Below are positions 47,392-57,265 of a stretch of DNA of 64,000 nucleotides, piece by piece (position 1 is the stretch's first letter; each line of letters begins with the position of its first letter). The notes under the pieces are model-generated. The model ran no database searches. It saw only the letters and a program-made list of their open reading frames with translations, and had not been told where the DNA came from. Source of the DNA: a virus; the IMG/VR virus record IMGVR_UViG_3300034152_000814, positions 1 through 64,000 of that record; one strand, written 5' to 3'. The translations under genes were made by a program, and so were the position numbers.

Positions 47392-48581
47392 ACTGGTCCC
47401 CCCAGCAACGACGAGCCCTCGACGCCGCCGGCGCGTGGCTCCGGAACGGCGACAGGCAGGTCTTCCGCCTGTTCGGGTACGCCGGCACCGGGAAGACCAC
47501 GCTCGCGAAGCGCCTCGCGGAGGGGGTGGGCAAGGTCCTCTTCGCGGCGTACACCGGCAAAGCGGCGCTCGTCATGCGCCGGGCGGGCTGTCCCTGCGCG
47601 TCGACCCTCCACTCCCTGATCTACCGACCGAAGGAGAAGAGCCGGGCGCGGCTGATTGAGTTGGTAGCGATCCAGCGGGAGCTCGAGGCGAGCGACAGCC
47701 CGGACGACGCGGAGCCCTTGCGCCGGATCACCGGGGAGATCGAGGCCGAGCGGAAGCGCGTACGGGAGCCCGGCTGGGATCTGAACCCGGACAGCGCGCT
47801 CCGGGACGCCGACCTCCTCGTGATCGACGAATGCTCGATGGTCGGTGAGCGGATGGCCCGAGACCTGCTGAGCTTCGGGACGCCGATCCTCGTGCTCGGG
47901 GACCCCGCCCAGCTCCCACCGGTGAGGGGGACGGGATTCTTCACGGACGCCAAGCCCGACGCGATGCTGACCGAGATTCACCGTCAAGCCGCGGACAACC
48001 CGATCATCGAGCTCGCGACGTGTGCCCGCGAGGGGCACGAACTGCGTCCAGGATCTCACGGTGATAGCCTCGTGATCCCGCGGGCGGAGTTCGACAAGAG
48101 TACGATCGAGCGGGACACCCAGATCCTCGTCGGTCGGAACAGGACCCGACGGAAGGGTAACGAATTCCGGCGAAAATCGCTTGGTTTCGGGCACGAGCTG
48201 CCCGAGGCGGGGGATCGACTCGTCTGCCTGCGAAACAACCACGACCTCGGGCTCCTCAACGGCGCGATCTGGTACGTGGAGGATGCGATCGACGAGAACT
48301 GCGACACGGTGGACCTTCGCGTCTCGAACGAGGACGACGGCGACGAGCTCGTCGTGCCGGTCCACGTGGCTCCCTTCCGCGGGGAGGAGCCCCCGCCGTG
48401 GAGCTGGCGGGACGCGGAGCTCTTCGATTACGGCTACGCGATCACCGTCCATAAATCGCAGGGATCCCAGTGGCCGGAGGTCTGCCTCGTCGACGAGAGC
48501 GCGTGCTTCCGGAAGGACAGGTGGAGGCACCTCTACACGGGCATCACGCGGGCAGCGGAGAAGGTGACGGTAGTGATATGA
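47388..48581 (+). CDS. Dda/RecD-like SF1 helicase
   Basis: GYAGTGKTT, LLVIDECSM, AITVHKSQGSQW. Confidence 0.85.
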   Translation: MNWSPQQRRALDAAGAWLRNGDRQVFRLFGYAGTGKTTLAKRLAEGVGKVLFAAYTGKAALVMRRAGCPCASTLHSLIYRPKEKSRARLIELVAIQRELEASDSPDDAEPLRRITGEIEAERKRVREPGWDLNPDSALRDADLLVIDECSMVGERMARDLLSFGTPILVLGDPAQLPPVRGTGFFTDAKPDAMLTEIHRQAADNPIIELATCAREGHELRPGSHGDSLVIPRAEFDKSTIERDTQILVGRNRTRRKGNEFRRKSLGFGHELPEAGDRLVCLRNNHDLGLLNGAIWYVEDAIDENCDTVDLRVSNEDDGDELVVPVHVAPFRGEEPPPWSWRDAELFDYGYAITVHKSQGSQWPEVCLVDESACFRKDRWRHLYTGITRAAEKVTVVI

Positions 48582-49153
48582 AATTCAAATTGATTTACGC
48601 TGATCCCCCCTGGCAATACCGTAATTCTCAAAAATCCAAGAAATTCAGTGGAACCGCCGCGTCGGCTTACGAGACACATTCCGATTCCGATATTAGTGCA
48701 TGGGATGTCGGCTCCATTGCCGATGCGAATTCGTTGTTGTTCCTATGGGCGACGTTCCCGAAGATGCCGGAGGCCCTCTCCGTCATGGCGGCGTGGGGCT
48801 TCAAATTCGTGACCGCCCCTTTCGTCTGGAACAAGACGTACGCGAGCGGGAAACCGTTCTGCGGTGTAGGTTTCTGGACCCGAAACGCCGCGGAGGTCGT
48901 GCTCCTCGGGCGACGTGGAAAAGGTCTGCCGCGAATCGCACGCGGCATCCGACAGGTCGTGACGGCGCCAGTGGAGAGACCCCACAGCACTAAGCCAGCG
49001 ATCGTACGAAGCCGGATTATAGAGCTCGTCGGCGATGTACGACCACGGATCGAATTATTCGCGCGACAGGAGACGGAGGACTGGTATGCGACGGGACTTG
49101 AGCTCGATGGACGCCTCCTCACGGACGCGATCCAATACTACACCGCTCTATGA
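48578..49153 (+). CDS. MT-A70 family N6-adenine DNA methyltransferase (paralogue of gene 44..586)
   Basis: YADPPWQY; PRIELFARQ; ATGA coupling. Confidence 0.85.
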   Translation: MKFKLIYADPPWQYRNSQKSKKFSGTAASAYETHSDSDISAWDVGSIADANSLLFLWATFPKMPEALSVMAAWGFKFVTAPFVWNKTYASGKPFCGVGFWTRNAAEVVLLGRRGKGLPRIARGIRQVVTAPVERPHSTKPAIVRSRIIELVGDVRPRIELFARQETEDWYATGLELDGRLLTDAIQYYTAL

Positions 49154-49200
49154 TTTCGGGGGGCAGTATGTCTTCGGTGAGCGTGGGGAAGAACTGTTAG

Positions 49201-49580
49201 TGAACCGCTTCGGCTGGACACGAATTGGCCGCCGCGGTTCGGATCTCGTGACCCGTACTGGGATCCGTGTCGAGCTCAGGACGGATTCCCGTGCGAGTAC
49301 GGAAACTGGAAATTTTTTCATTGAACGATATTCGGACATCGCGCGTCGTACGCCTGGGGGACCCTGGAAAGCGAAACGGGACGAATCTACTGGTTTCCTG
49401 TACCTTTTCTGGCCGGACCGGATCCTGTATGAATTCAGAACGGACCTCGTTATCGAGCGGATGGAGAAGCTCATCCCGTTTCTCCAACGACGACGAGTTC
49501 GTAACGCACGATATTTTACCGGCGGTTACCTGGTTCCAATTCCGAAACCTGAGGATTTAGCAGTAGTAACAGAATTATGA
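49201..49580 (+). CDS. hypothetical protein (GTG start uncertain)
   Basis: frame open from 49150 but no ATG; AT-richer. Confidence 0.3.
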
Positions 49581-50248
49581 ACGACACCCTCACGACGCAG
49601 ACGGTAGGAACGATTCACCCGAGCGAAATCGAGTTCCTCCGCGACGTGCAGCTCGTCGCGCTGTACTTCGAGCTGACGGGCGCGTCGATGATCACGCCCA
49701 CGAGGAGGGAGATGATCGCCGCCGTCCGGGACGTCGTGGAGTGCCGATTGAATCCGCCGCCGGCGACGTGCAACAGGAGGAAGAGGTTCGACCTCGCATG
49801 CACCGGTAGGATCAGGAGCCACCGTCCCGGAACGGCTCGGGAACGGGTGATCCAGCTCCTCCGGCGCGGGGCCACGTTCGGCGAGATCCAGCACCTATTC
49901 AAGTGGGACTACGGCACCTGCCACAACGCGATATGGTCCCTACATTCCATCCTCGGGTACGGCATCATGGAGGACGACGACGGACGTATCTGGCTCGTGG
50001 AGGAGCCACGCGACAGCCTGGAGGTCTGGATCACGGGCTGCGTCGAGGACGACGGTGAACGGCTGACGTGCATGGGCGCGTCGTACCGGTCGAGAATAAC
50101 CTTGAGACTCATCCGGATGGTCCTGGAGGACATGGAGTTCGATACGGACGTCCGGAACTTCCGGTGCTGGGAGGAGAACGGACGCTTCGTGGCGTCCTGG
50201 GAATGTGGTAAAATCGCTTCTGAGAAAGGAGACCCCCATGAAGCGTGA
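49577..50248 (+). CDS. hypothetical protein
   Basis: 223 aa. Confidence 0.5.
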   Translation: MNDTLTTQTVGTIHPSEIEFLRDVQLVALYFELTGASMITPTRREMIAAVRDVVECRLNPPPATCNRRKRFDLACTGRIRSHRPGTARERVIQLLRRGATFGEIQHLFKWDYGTCHNAIWSLHSILGYGIMEDDDGRIWLVEEPRDSLEVWITGCVEDDGERLTCMGASYRSRITLRLIRMVLEDMEFDTDVRNFRCWEENGRFVASWECGKIASEKGDPHEA

Positions 50249-50504
50249 CACCATCCCCGGTATCGTGATCGTCTGCCTGGCCCTCGCGATCGCGGGCTGC
50301 GCGGCGATGGACTCTTTCTTCACCCCTGATCCGGAGACGAACGTCTCTCCGGCGCAGGAGGTCGGTCAATCGATCGTCGACGCGGGGGACGGCGCCATCG
50401 CCGGGCCCTACGGCGAGATCGGTCTGGCCGCGCTCATGCTGATCCAGAACGGGTACCTGCTCGTCCGTCGGATCCAGAATCGGAAGAAGGACGACGCGGC
50501 CTGA
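50238..50504 (+). CDS. lipoprotein
   Basis: lipobox LAIAGC. Confidence 0.5.
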   Translation: MKRDTIPGIVIVCLALAIAGCAAMDSFFTPDPETNVSPAQEVGQSIVDAGDGAIAGPYGEIGLAALMLIQNGYLLVRRIQNRKKDDAA

Positions 50505-50728
50505 TGCGATCGCCGGACCGACGCGTGACGGTCGAGGTCTCCCTTCCCGGGGAGTTCCTCGACCGCCTCGCGTTCGTCGGTCGACTCATCGACGAGGCGG
50601 ACGTGGGGGAGGTGATCTGCCGCGCGATCAGGTTCTACGACCGCGCGACGTGCGCCGCCGTCGTGGACGGCGCGCGCATCGAGATAGTCCACCGGAACCA
50701 GTACCGCGAGGAGCTCGATCCGAAATGA
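50504..50728 (+). CDS. ribbon-helix-helix-like small protein
   Basis: RVTVEVSLPGEFLDRL beta-strand followed by helices. Confidence 0.4.
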   Translation: MRSPDRRVTVEVSLPGEFLDRLAFVGRLIDEADVGEVICRAIRFYDRATCAAVVDGARIEIVHRNQYREELDPK

Positions 50729-51126
50729 TTACCATGATACCGGAAGCGATCCACACGAGCCCGTACGAGCAGTTCTTCCGGACGCTCTGGAAGCTCGCCG
50801 GTCGCACGGATCACGAGCAGTTCCGCGACGAGTTCCACGCAATGTGCAACGTGTTCACCGGTGCAGAGGGGTACGAGATCATCCGTTCGACGCTCTCCGA
50901 GTGGCACGGCGACCTCCTCATGTTCTGCGCGGAGGGGGACCGCGCGGTTGGGTTCAAGGACCGCTTCTTCCGACGCGTCGCGATCCCGATCCTCCGCTCA
51001 TGGAGGGCGTACAAGCTCGACGATTGGCGAGGCGCGCTGAAGGAGATCGAGGCGTGCAGTGCCGACGATTGGCGAGACGCGATCCGCTGCTGGGTCGAGG
51101 AGAGGCGAGCGTGGCGAAAGGAATGA
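50725..51126 (+). CDS. hypothetical protein
   Basis: ATGA coupling with gene 50504. Confidence 0.5.
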   Translation: MITMIPEAIHTSPYEQFFRTLWKLAGRTDHEQFRDEFHAMCNVFTGAEGYEIIRSTLSEWHGDLLMFCAEGDRAVGFKDRFFRRVAIPILRSWRAYKLDDWRGALKEIEACSADDWRDAIRCWVEERRAWRKE

Positions 51127-51527
51127 AGTTTGACGAGTTCAAGCCGCGGATGGAGCTCCTTCCCTGGGAGGCGCTCGAGTTCGTGGCGTGGGTTCTCACG
51201 TACGGCGCCGAGAAGTACGACGATGACAACTGGCGCGACCTCCCCAACGCCGAGAAGCGGCTCATGGGAGCCGCGCTCAGGCACATCGCGAAGGACCAGG
51301 CGGGGAAGCGCCTCAACACGGACGAACGGGACCTCCCTCACCTCGCGCAGGCGGCATGCAACATCTTGATGTTGCTATGGTTCCGTCGAGACGATTACCC
51401 GAGGGGGTATAATTTCAAGGGGGTCCGGGAGGAGTTCGAGGAGCAACGCAGGAAGGCGCAGGATGGAATGGATACAGGAACCGATGTTCGACCCCCCGTC
51501 GGATTGGACGGCGACGCCGGTTCGTGA
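51123..51527 (+). CDS. dATP/dGTP pyrophosphohydrolase N-terminal-domain-like protein
   Basis: ELLPWEALEFVAWVLTYGAEKYDDDNWRD. Confidence 0.45.
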   Translation: MKFDEFKPRMELLPWEALEFVAWVLTYGAEKYDDDNWRDLPNAEKRLMGAALRHIAKDQAGKRLNTDERDLPHLAQAACNILMLLWFRRDDYPRGYNFKGVREEFEEQRRKAQDGMDTGTDVRPPVGLDGDAGS

Positions 51528-53340
51528 CCTCCCGTCCTGGGGGGACGCGAAGCGCGTCGCGATCGACTGCGAGACGAGGGATCCGCAACTGAGGACGCTC
51601 GGGCCCGGCGTGCGCAGGGACGGGCGGATCGTCGGGATCTCGTTCGCGATCGAGGACGGACCGGCGCACTACCTCCCGATCCGACACGCCTCCGGCGGCA
51701 ACCTACCGGAGGAGCACGTCCTATCGTACTTGCGCGACCAGGCGGCCGTCTTCCGTGGGGACGTCGTCGGTGCGAACCTGCCGTACGACTTAGATTTCCT
51801 CGCGGAGGAGGGGATCTGGTTCGGCGCGTGCCGCTCCTTCCGGGACGTCCAGGTCGCGGAACCCCTCCTCGACGAGCTCCAGCTCTCATACTCCCTGGAC
51901 AACATCGCCGCGCGGCACGGGATCCCCGGTAAGGCGGAGGAGGGGCTCGTCGAGGCCGCGCGCGCGTGGGGGCTGGACCCGAAGGCGGAGCTCTGGAAGC
52001 TGCCGGCGCGGCACGTGGCGCCCTACGCGATCCAGGACGTGCGGCTCCCCCTGGCGCTCCTGCGGCGCCAGGAGCGTCGCATAGACGAGGAGAGCCTCTG
52101 GGACGTCTACAACCTCGAGAGCCGCGTCCTCCCGATCCTCGTGAAGATGCGGCGCCGCGGCGTCCGCGTCGACCTGGACCAACTCGACCGGATCGAGGAA
52201 TGGACCGAGGAGCAGGAGGCGGAGGCGCTCGACGTGGTGTATACCAAAACTGGTATACGGATCGAGCTCGGCGACGTCTGGCGACCTGAGCCCATCGCCC
52301 GGGCGCTCGAGGCCATCGGGGTCCGAGTTCCGAAGACCAAGACCGGCAAGCCCTCCACGAAGGCGGACGTCGTCAACGCGATCGACCACGACGCCGCGCG
52401 CGCGATCTCCCGGGCTCGCCGCATGAATAAAGTTAGAACGACGTTCGTGCAATCGATCCGGGACCACGCGATCGGCGACCGCATCCATTGCACGTTCAAC
52501 CAGCTACGTGCGCAGAAGGAGGCGGGACAGATCCTCGGCGCGGCGTACGGTCGGCTCAGCTCCATCGACCCGAACATGCAGCAGCAGCCCGCGCGCGACA
52601 AGGAGCTCGGGCCCATGTGGCGGTCGATCTACCTGCCCGAGGAGGGGGCGTCCTGGGGGGCGCTGGACTACTCGCAGCAGGAACCCCGGATGACGGTCCA
52701 CTACGCCGTCCGAACGGGCTGCACGCGGGCGGAGGAGGCGGCGTACGCTTACCGGACGGACCCGTCGACCGACAACCACCAGATGATGGCCGACCTCGCG
52801 GGGATCGAGCGGAAGGCCGCGAAGACGATCTTCCTCGGGCTCTGCTACGGCATGGGTGGCGGGAAACTCTGCCGATCCCTCGGGCTCCCCACGAGGGAAA
52901 CAACCATCCGGGGGCGCCGCGTCGAGGTGGCGGGCCCGGAGGGGGAGGCGCTCTTAGCGAAGTTCGACCTCCAGGTCCCGTTCGTCCGGGAGCTCGCCCG
53001 GAAGGCGAGCCTGCGCGCCGCGCGGAGGGGCTACATCACCACCCTCTCGGGCCGTCGGTGCCGCTTCCCGCGAACCCCCACCGGGCAGTACGACTGGACC
53101 CACAAGGCGTTGAACCGCCTGATACAGGGGAGCTCCGCCGACCAGACGAAGACGGCGATGGTCGCTATGGACGCCGCCGGCTGGGAGCTCCAGCTCCAGA
53201 TCCACGACGAGATGGACCTCTCCGTCGAGAGCCGGGAACAGGCGGAGGAGGCGGCGGAGATCATGCGGACGTGCATCGAGCTCGAGGTACCGTCGAAGGT
53301 CGACGTGGAGATCGGTCCGAGCTGGGGGGAGGCGAAGTGA
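51463..53340 (+). CDS. family A DNA polymerase with 3'-5' exonuclease domain
   Basis: VAIDCETRD exo I; DYSQQEPRM motif A; KTIFLGLCYGMG motif B; QIHDEMDL motif C. Confidence 0.9.
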   Translation: MEWIQEPMFDPPSDWTATPVRDLPSWGDAKRVAIDCETRDPQLRTLGPGVRRDGRIVGISFAIEDGPAHYLPIRHASGGNLPEEHVLSYLRDQAAVFRGDVVGANLPYDLDFLAEEGIWFGACRSFRDVQVAEPLLDELQLSYSLDNIAARHGIPGKAEEGLVEAARAWGLDPKAELWKLPARHVAPYAIQDVRLPLALLRRQERRIDEESLWDVYNLESRVLPILVKMRRRGVRVDLDQLDRIEEWTEEQEAEALDVVYTKTGIRIELGDVWRPEPIARALEAIGVRVPKTKTGKPSTKADVVNAIDHDAARAISRARRMNKVRTTFVQSIRDHAIGDRIHCTFNQLRAQKEAGQILGAAYGRLSSIDPNMQQQPARDKELGPMWRSIYLPEEGASWGALDYSQQEPRMTVHYAVRTGCTRAEEAAYAYRTDPSTDNHQMMADLAGIERKAAKTIFLGLCYGMGGGKLCRSLGLPTRETTIRGRRVEVAGPEGEALLAKFDLQVPFVRELARKASLRAARRGYITTLSGRRCRFPRTPTGQYDWTHKALNRLIQGSSADQTKTAMVAMDAAGWELQLQIHDEMDLSVESREQAEEAAEIMRTCIELEVPSKVDVEIGPSWGEAK

Positions 53341-53531
53341 AGCCCTTCAGCGAGACGATCGGCGAGTTCGAATTCCATTACCACGAGGATCACCGCGGCT
53401 GGTACGTCCTTCGATATCAACACGGAAAGATGAGCGGGGGAGGGGAGCGGCGTTTCCCGAAGATGATCGACGCGAGGAACTGGGTGCACAACCATTACCG
53501 TAGGTACGGGAAGAAGAGGAAGGATCCGTGA
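53337..53531 (+). CDS. small hypothetical protein
   Basis: GTGA coupling. Confidence 0.35.
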   Translation: MKPFSETIGEFEFHYHEDHRGWYVLRYQHGKMSGGGERRFPKMIDARNWVHNHYRRYGKKRKDP

Positions 53532-53974
53532 GACGCATATACCTGGTTGGTCCGATCACCGGTTGCACCCTCGACGAATGCGCCGATTGGAGGAAGAAGG
53601 TTCGCCGGGACCTCTCTCCGCACGAATTCGAAGTTCTTTCCCCGCTGCGCGCGGACGCGTTCCTGGCGAACGTGAGCACCCCGGAGATTCCGGACGCCCC
53701 GGGCATGTCCGGGCGGAACGCATTCAACCGCGACGTGTTCGACGTTCGGTCGTGCGACATCCTCTTCGCGAACCTGCTCTACGCGAAGCGCGTGTCGATC
53801 GGTTCCGTCATGGAGGTAATGCACGGCTGGGGGATCGGGAAGTACGTCGTGGTGATCATGGAGAAAGGCGGCATCCATGACCACCTGTTCGTTCGGGAAG
53901 CCGCGTCTATCGTCTTCCGGGACGTGCCGTCAGCCACGAGATACGTGATCGAGGCATTCGGAAATGAGCGGTAA
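53528..53974 (+). CDS. nucleoside 2-deoxyribosyltransferase-like protein
   Basis: RRIYLVGPITG N-terminal signature. Confidence 0.55.
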   Translation: MRRIYLVGPITGCTLDECADWRKKVRRDLSPHEFEVLSPLRADAFLANVSTPEIPDAPGMSGRNAFNRDVFDVRSCDILFANLLYAKRVSIGSVMEVMHGWGIGKYVVVIMEKGGIHDHLFVREAASIVFRDVPSATRYVIEAFGNER

Positions 53975-54188
53975 GGGATCGAAGCGCAGGCCGTCGCGCG
54001 TGAGCGATGAGGAATTCACCTGTAACTGGAACATCGCGTTCGGGACTCGTTGCACGGACTGCATCTGGTACGTCGCTCAAGGCGGGTGGCCTGCCGAGAG
54101 GATGTGTGAGAACGCGCTGTACGCTGGTTCCATCGAAGATCCTAATGAGCCGCATTGCGACGGACTCGGTCACGGACGATTGCTATGA
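53964..54188 (+). CDS. small Cys-containing protein
   Basis: CNWNIAFGTRCTDC. Confidence 0.4.
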   Translation: MSGKGSKRRPSRVSDEEFTCNWNIAFGTRCTDCIWYVAQGGWPAERMCENALYAGSIEDPNEPHCDGLGHGRLL

Positions 54189-54589
54189 GTCTCGAGAGCG
54201 ACATGCGTCAACGGGTGATCAAGGCGTTGCGGTCCCTGGACGCCGTCAGCATCGAGAACTGCGTCGGGAACGGAACACCGGACGTGAACTACATCGGGGG
54301 CTGGCTCGAGCTGAAGAGCCGCGACGAGTGGCCGAAGCGCGCCTCGACGCCGGTCCGCATCGAGCATTTCACACCCGATCAGCGCGTCTGGCTCCGACGC
54401 CGTCGTCACCGCGGGGGTGACGTGCGCATGCTCCTGAAGGTCGCGAACGACTGGCTCCTGATCGACGGCGTCGATGCCGCGAAGCACGTGGGAGAGGCGA
54501 CGAAGGAAGAGCTCTTCTCCATAGCGGAGAAGGTGTGGGAGAACGGCCTGAACGAAGCCGAGCTACTGGAATGCTTGAGGAAACCCTGA
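54185..54589 (+). CDS. VRR-NUC domain nuclease
   Basis: GNGTPDVNYIGGWLELKS fits the VRR-NUC PD-(D/E)XK core. Confidence 0.55.
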   Translation: MSLESDMRQRVIKALRSLDAVSIENCVGNGTPDVNYIGGWLELKSRDEWPKRASTPVRIEHFTPDQRVWLRRRRHRGGDVRMLLKVANDWLLIDGVDAAKHVGEATKEELFSIAEKVWENGLNEAELLECLRKP

Positions 54590-54888
54590 GCCGCGGCGAG
54601 AAGATTTTTCTTGCCCGTCACCGCGCCGAGCGCTCCATCGCGACGGAGGCGGAACGGCGCGGCGTGTCCGAGAAGACGTACCGTGCCTGGGAGCTCGACG
54701 ACCTCGAAGGGCCCAACGTGTCGCTCGGCGGTCTCGAGCCGCACGAACACTACCTGATCCTGCGTTTCCGAACGAGGATCCCTCTCGCCCGATTCGCCCG
54801 CATGCTCGGGATCAATTACAAAACGCTCCGCGACATGGAACGGGGTAGACGCCCCCTCCACCGCCTGATAGAATACTGGGGAGGATGA
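54571..54888 (+). CDS. HTH DNA-binding protein
   Basis: IATEAERRGVSEKTYRAWE. Confidence 0.45.
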   Translation: MLEETLSRGEKIFLARHRAERSIATEAERRGVSEKTYRAWELDDLEGPNVSLGGLEPHEHYLILRFRTRIPLARFARMLGINYKTLRDMERGRRPLHRLIEYWGG

Positions 54889-54889
54889 A

Positions 54890-57265
54890 ATGAGGCCCAA
54901 CTACCAGGCGGCGATCGAATTCCTCCGCCTCTGGGCGCCGGACGGTCCGTGGATCCTGACGGCGATCCAGGTGGACAGGAAGGGGATCGAGACCAAGACG
55001 TTCAAGCCGGGCGACGAAGCGGAGCTTCTCGCTTGGCTCGAGGATCAAGGCGCGACGCGGAACCTCTACTTCCACGTCAACCCCGCGACGCGCGACCTGA
55101 CGAAGAAGGCCGAGCGAACCGACGTCAAGGCGCTCGCCTGGCTGCACGTAGACATCGACCCACGGGCGGGGGAGGACCTCGCGGAGGAGCAAGCTCGCGC
55201 GCTCGAGACGTTGCGGCGGCGACTCCCTCCCGACGTCCCCCCGCCCACGGTCATCGTATTCAGCGGTGGCGGCTACCAGGGCTTCTGGAAGCTGCGCGAG
55301 CCCGTCCCCATCGACGGGGACCTCGAGAAGGCCGAGGACGCCGCCCGCTACAACCTCCAGCTCGAGCTGCTATTCGGTGCCGACGAGTGCCACAACGTCG
55401 ACCGGATCATGCGCCTCCCGGGCACCCTGAACCGCCCGAACAAGCGCAAGCGCGACAAGGGCCAGAGGATCGCCCTCGCGGAGGTCGTCGAGTTCGAACC
55501 GGAGCGGGTCTACGACGTCGGACAATTCGTCAAGGCCCTGAAGGTCCAGGAGCCCGACGAGGGCTTCGCCGCGGACCGACTCCAGGCGCCGGGCAACGTC
55601 GCGCGCCTCGACAGCGTCGAGGACCTGCCCGAGAACGTCCCGGACTGGTGCCGGGTCCTGATCGTGCAGGGGCACGACCCCGAGGACCCGGAGAAGTGGG
55701 GCGGCGACCGCTCCCGGGCGCTCTTCGCGGTCGTCTGCGAGCTCGACCGCTGCGGCGTGCCGGCGGACGTGATCTACAGCGTGATCACCGACCCCGGCTT
55801 CCTGATCTCGGAGAGCGTCCTCGACAAGGGGACGCAGGTCGAGCGGTACGCCCTGCGACAGATCGAGCGGGCCCGGGAGGAGAACGTCAACCCGACGCTC
55901 CGGATTCTCAACGAGCGCCACGCCGTCATCGCGAACTGGGGTGGCGACTGCTGCGTGATCGAGGAGCAGCACGACCCCGTGATGAAGCGGTCCCGCCTGA
56001 CGTCGCAATCGTTCGCGAATTTCAAGAAGCGGTACGACAACCAGCGAGTCCAGGTCGGCGTCGACGCGAACGACAACCCGCGCACCGCGCCCATGGGGTC
56101 GTGGTGGCTCAGCCAGGGGATGCGCCGGCAGTACGACACCGTCGTTTTCGCGCCCGGTCGGGACGTGGAAGGATCGTACAACCTCTGGCGCGGCTTCGCG
56201 TACGACGCCAGGCCGGGCGACTGCTCGCTCTTCCTCGCGCACGTCCGGAACGTCGTCTGCGGCGGGAACGAGGACCACTACCGCTACCTGATGCGGTACC
56301 TCGCCCGCGCCGTCCAGTGCCCGGGCGAGCCGGGCTACGCCTCGATCGTCCTCCGGGGGAAGGAGGGCGTCGGGAAGGGCTTCTTCGTGACGCGCTTCGG
56401 GCGGCTCTTCGGGCGGCACTTCGTCCAGGTGACGAGCGCGAAGCACCTCGTCGGGAACTTCAACTTCCACCTCTGGGACTGCGTCGTCCTCTTCGCGGAC
56501 GAGGCTTTCCGGGCGCGCGACAAGCAGGCCGAGGCGATCCTGAAGACGATCGTCACGGAGGAGACGCTCCAGATCGAGAAGAAGGGCAAGGACACGATCA
56601 CCGCGCCGAACTTCCTCCACGTCTTCATGGCGTCGAACGAGGAGTGGGTGATCCCAGCCGGCTACGACGACCGGCGCTTCTTCGTGCTGGACGTCTCCGA
56701 CGCGCACCAGAAAGATTACAATTACTTCGGCGCGATCGACGCGCAGCTCGAGGACGGCGGCTACGCGGCGCTCCTCCACCACCTCCTGACGTACGACGTC
56801 GGGGAATTCAACGTGCGCGACATCCCGGAGACCGAAGCCCTGAAGACGCAGAAGGAGCTATCCTTGGGGAGCGCCGAGGACTGGTGGATGTCGAAGCTCC
56901 TCGACGGTCGCCTGGACGATTCCCACGAGGAATGGGGACCGCGGATCCTGCGTGAGAACCTCCTCTATGATTTCACGCAGCATGTCGCGAAGTTCGGGGG
57001 ACGCGGGAAGACGAGCGAAATCTCCATCCGTCGTTTCCTCTCGCGAGTCATGCCTGGTCACTACCCGAGACGCAAGCAGGGATCGCAGCCCGCCTACGTG
57101 AAGCAGCTCGACGGGTCCGAGAAGACCGCCACGCGGCCGTATTACTACTACGTTCCTCCCCTCCAGGCGTGCCGCGACTACTGGGACGAGCACTTCGGCG
57201 GTCCGTACGACTGGCCGGAGGTCGAGGTGGTCGACGACGTGGAGCCCGGCGAGGACGCCTTCTGA
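54890..57265 (+). CDS. bifunctional primase-polymerase (prim-pol) / P4-D5-like helicase
   Basis: WLHVDIDP and VIVFSGGGYQGFW prim-pol motifs; Walker A GKEGVGKG; RRFFVLDVSDAH P4-primase C-terminal signature. Confidence 0.85.
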   Translation: MRPNYQAAIEFLRLWAPDGPWILTAIQVDRKGIETKTFKPGDEAELLAWLEDQGATRNLYFHVNPATRDLTKKAERTDVKALAWLHVDIDPRAGEDLAEEQARALETLRRRLPPDVPPPTVIVFSGGGYQGFWKLREPVPIDGDLEKAEDAARYNLQLELLFGADECHNVDRIMRLPGTLNRPNKRKRDKGQRIALAEVVEFEPERVYDVGQFVKALKVQEPDEGFAADRLQAPGNVARLDSVEDLPENVPDWCRVLIVQGHDPEDPEKWGGDRSRALFAVVCELDRCGVPADVIYSVITDPGFLISESVLDKGTQVERYALRQIERAREENVNPTLRILNERHAVIANWGGDCCVIEEQHDPVMKRSRLTSQSFANFKKRYDNQRVQVGVDANDNPRTAPMGSWWLSQGMRRQYDTVVFAPGRDVEGSYNLWRGFAYDARPGDCSLFLAHVRNVVCGGNEDHYRYLMRYLARAVQCPGEPGYASIVLRGKEGVGKGFFVTRFGRLFGRHFVQVTSAKHLVGNFNFHLWDCVVLFADEAFRARDKQAEAILKTIVTEETLQIEKKGKDTITAPNFLHVFMASNEEWVIPAGYDDRRFFVLDVSDAHQKDYNYFGAIDAQLEDGGYAALLHHLLTYDVGEFNVRDIPETEALKTQKELSLGSAEDWWMSKLLDGRLDDSHEEWGPRILRENLLYDFTQHVAKFGGRGKTSEISIRRFLSRVMPGHYPRRKQGSQPAYVKQLDGSEKTATRPYYYYVPPLQACRDYWDEHFGGPYDWPEVEVVDDVEPGEDAF

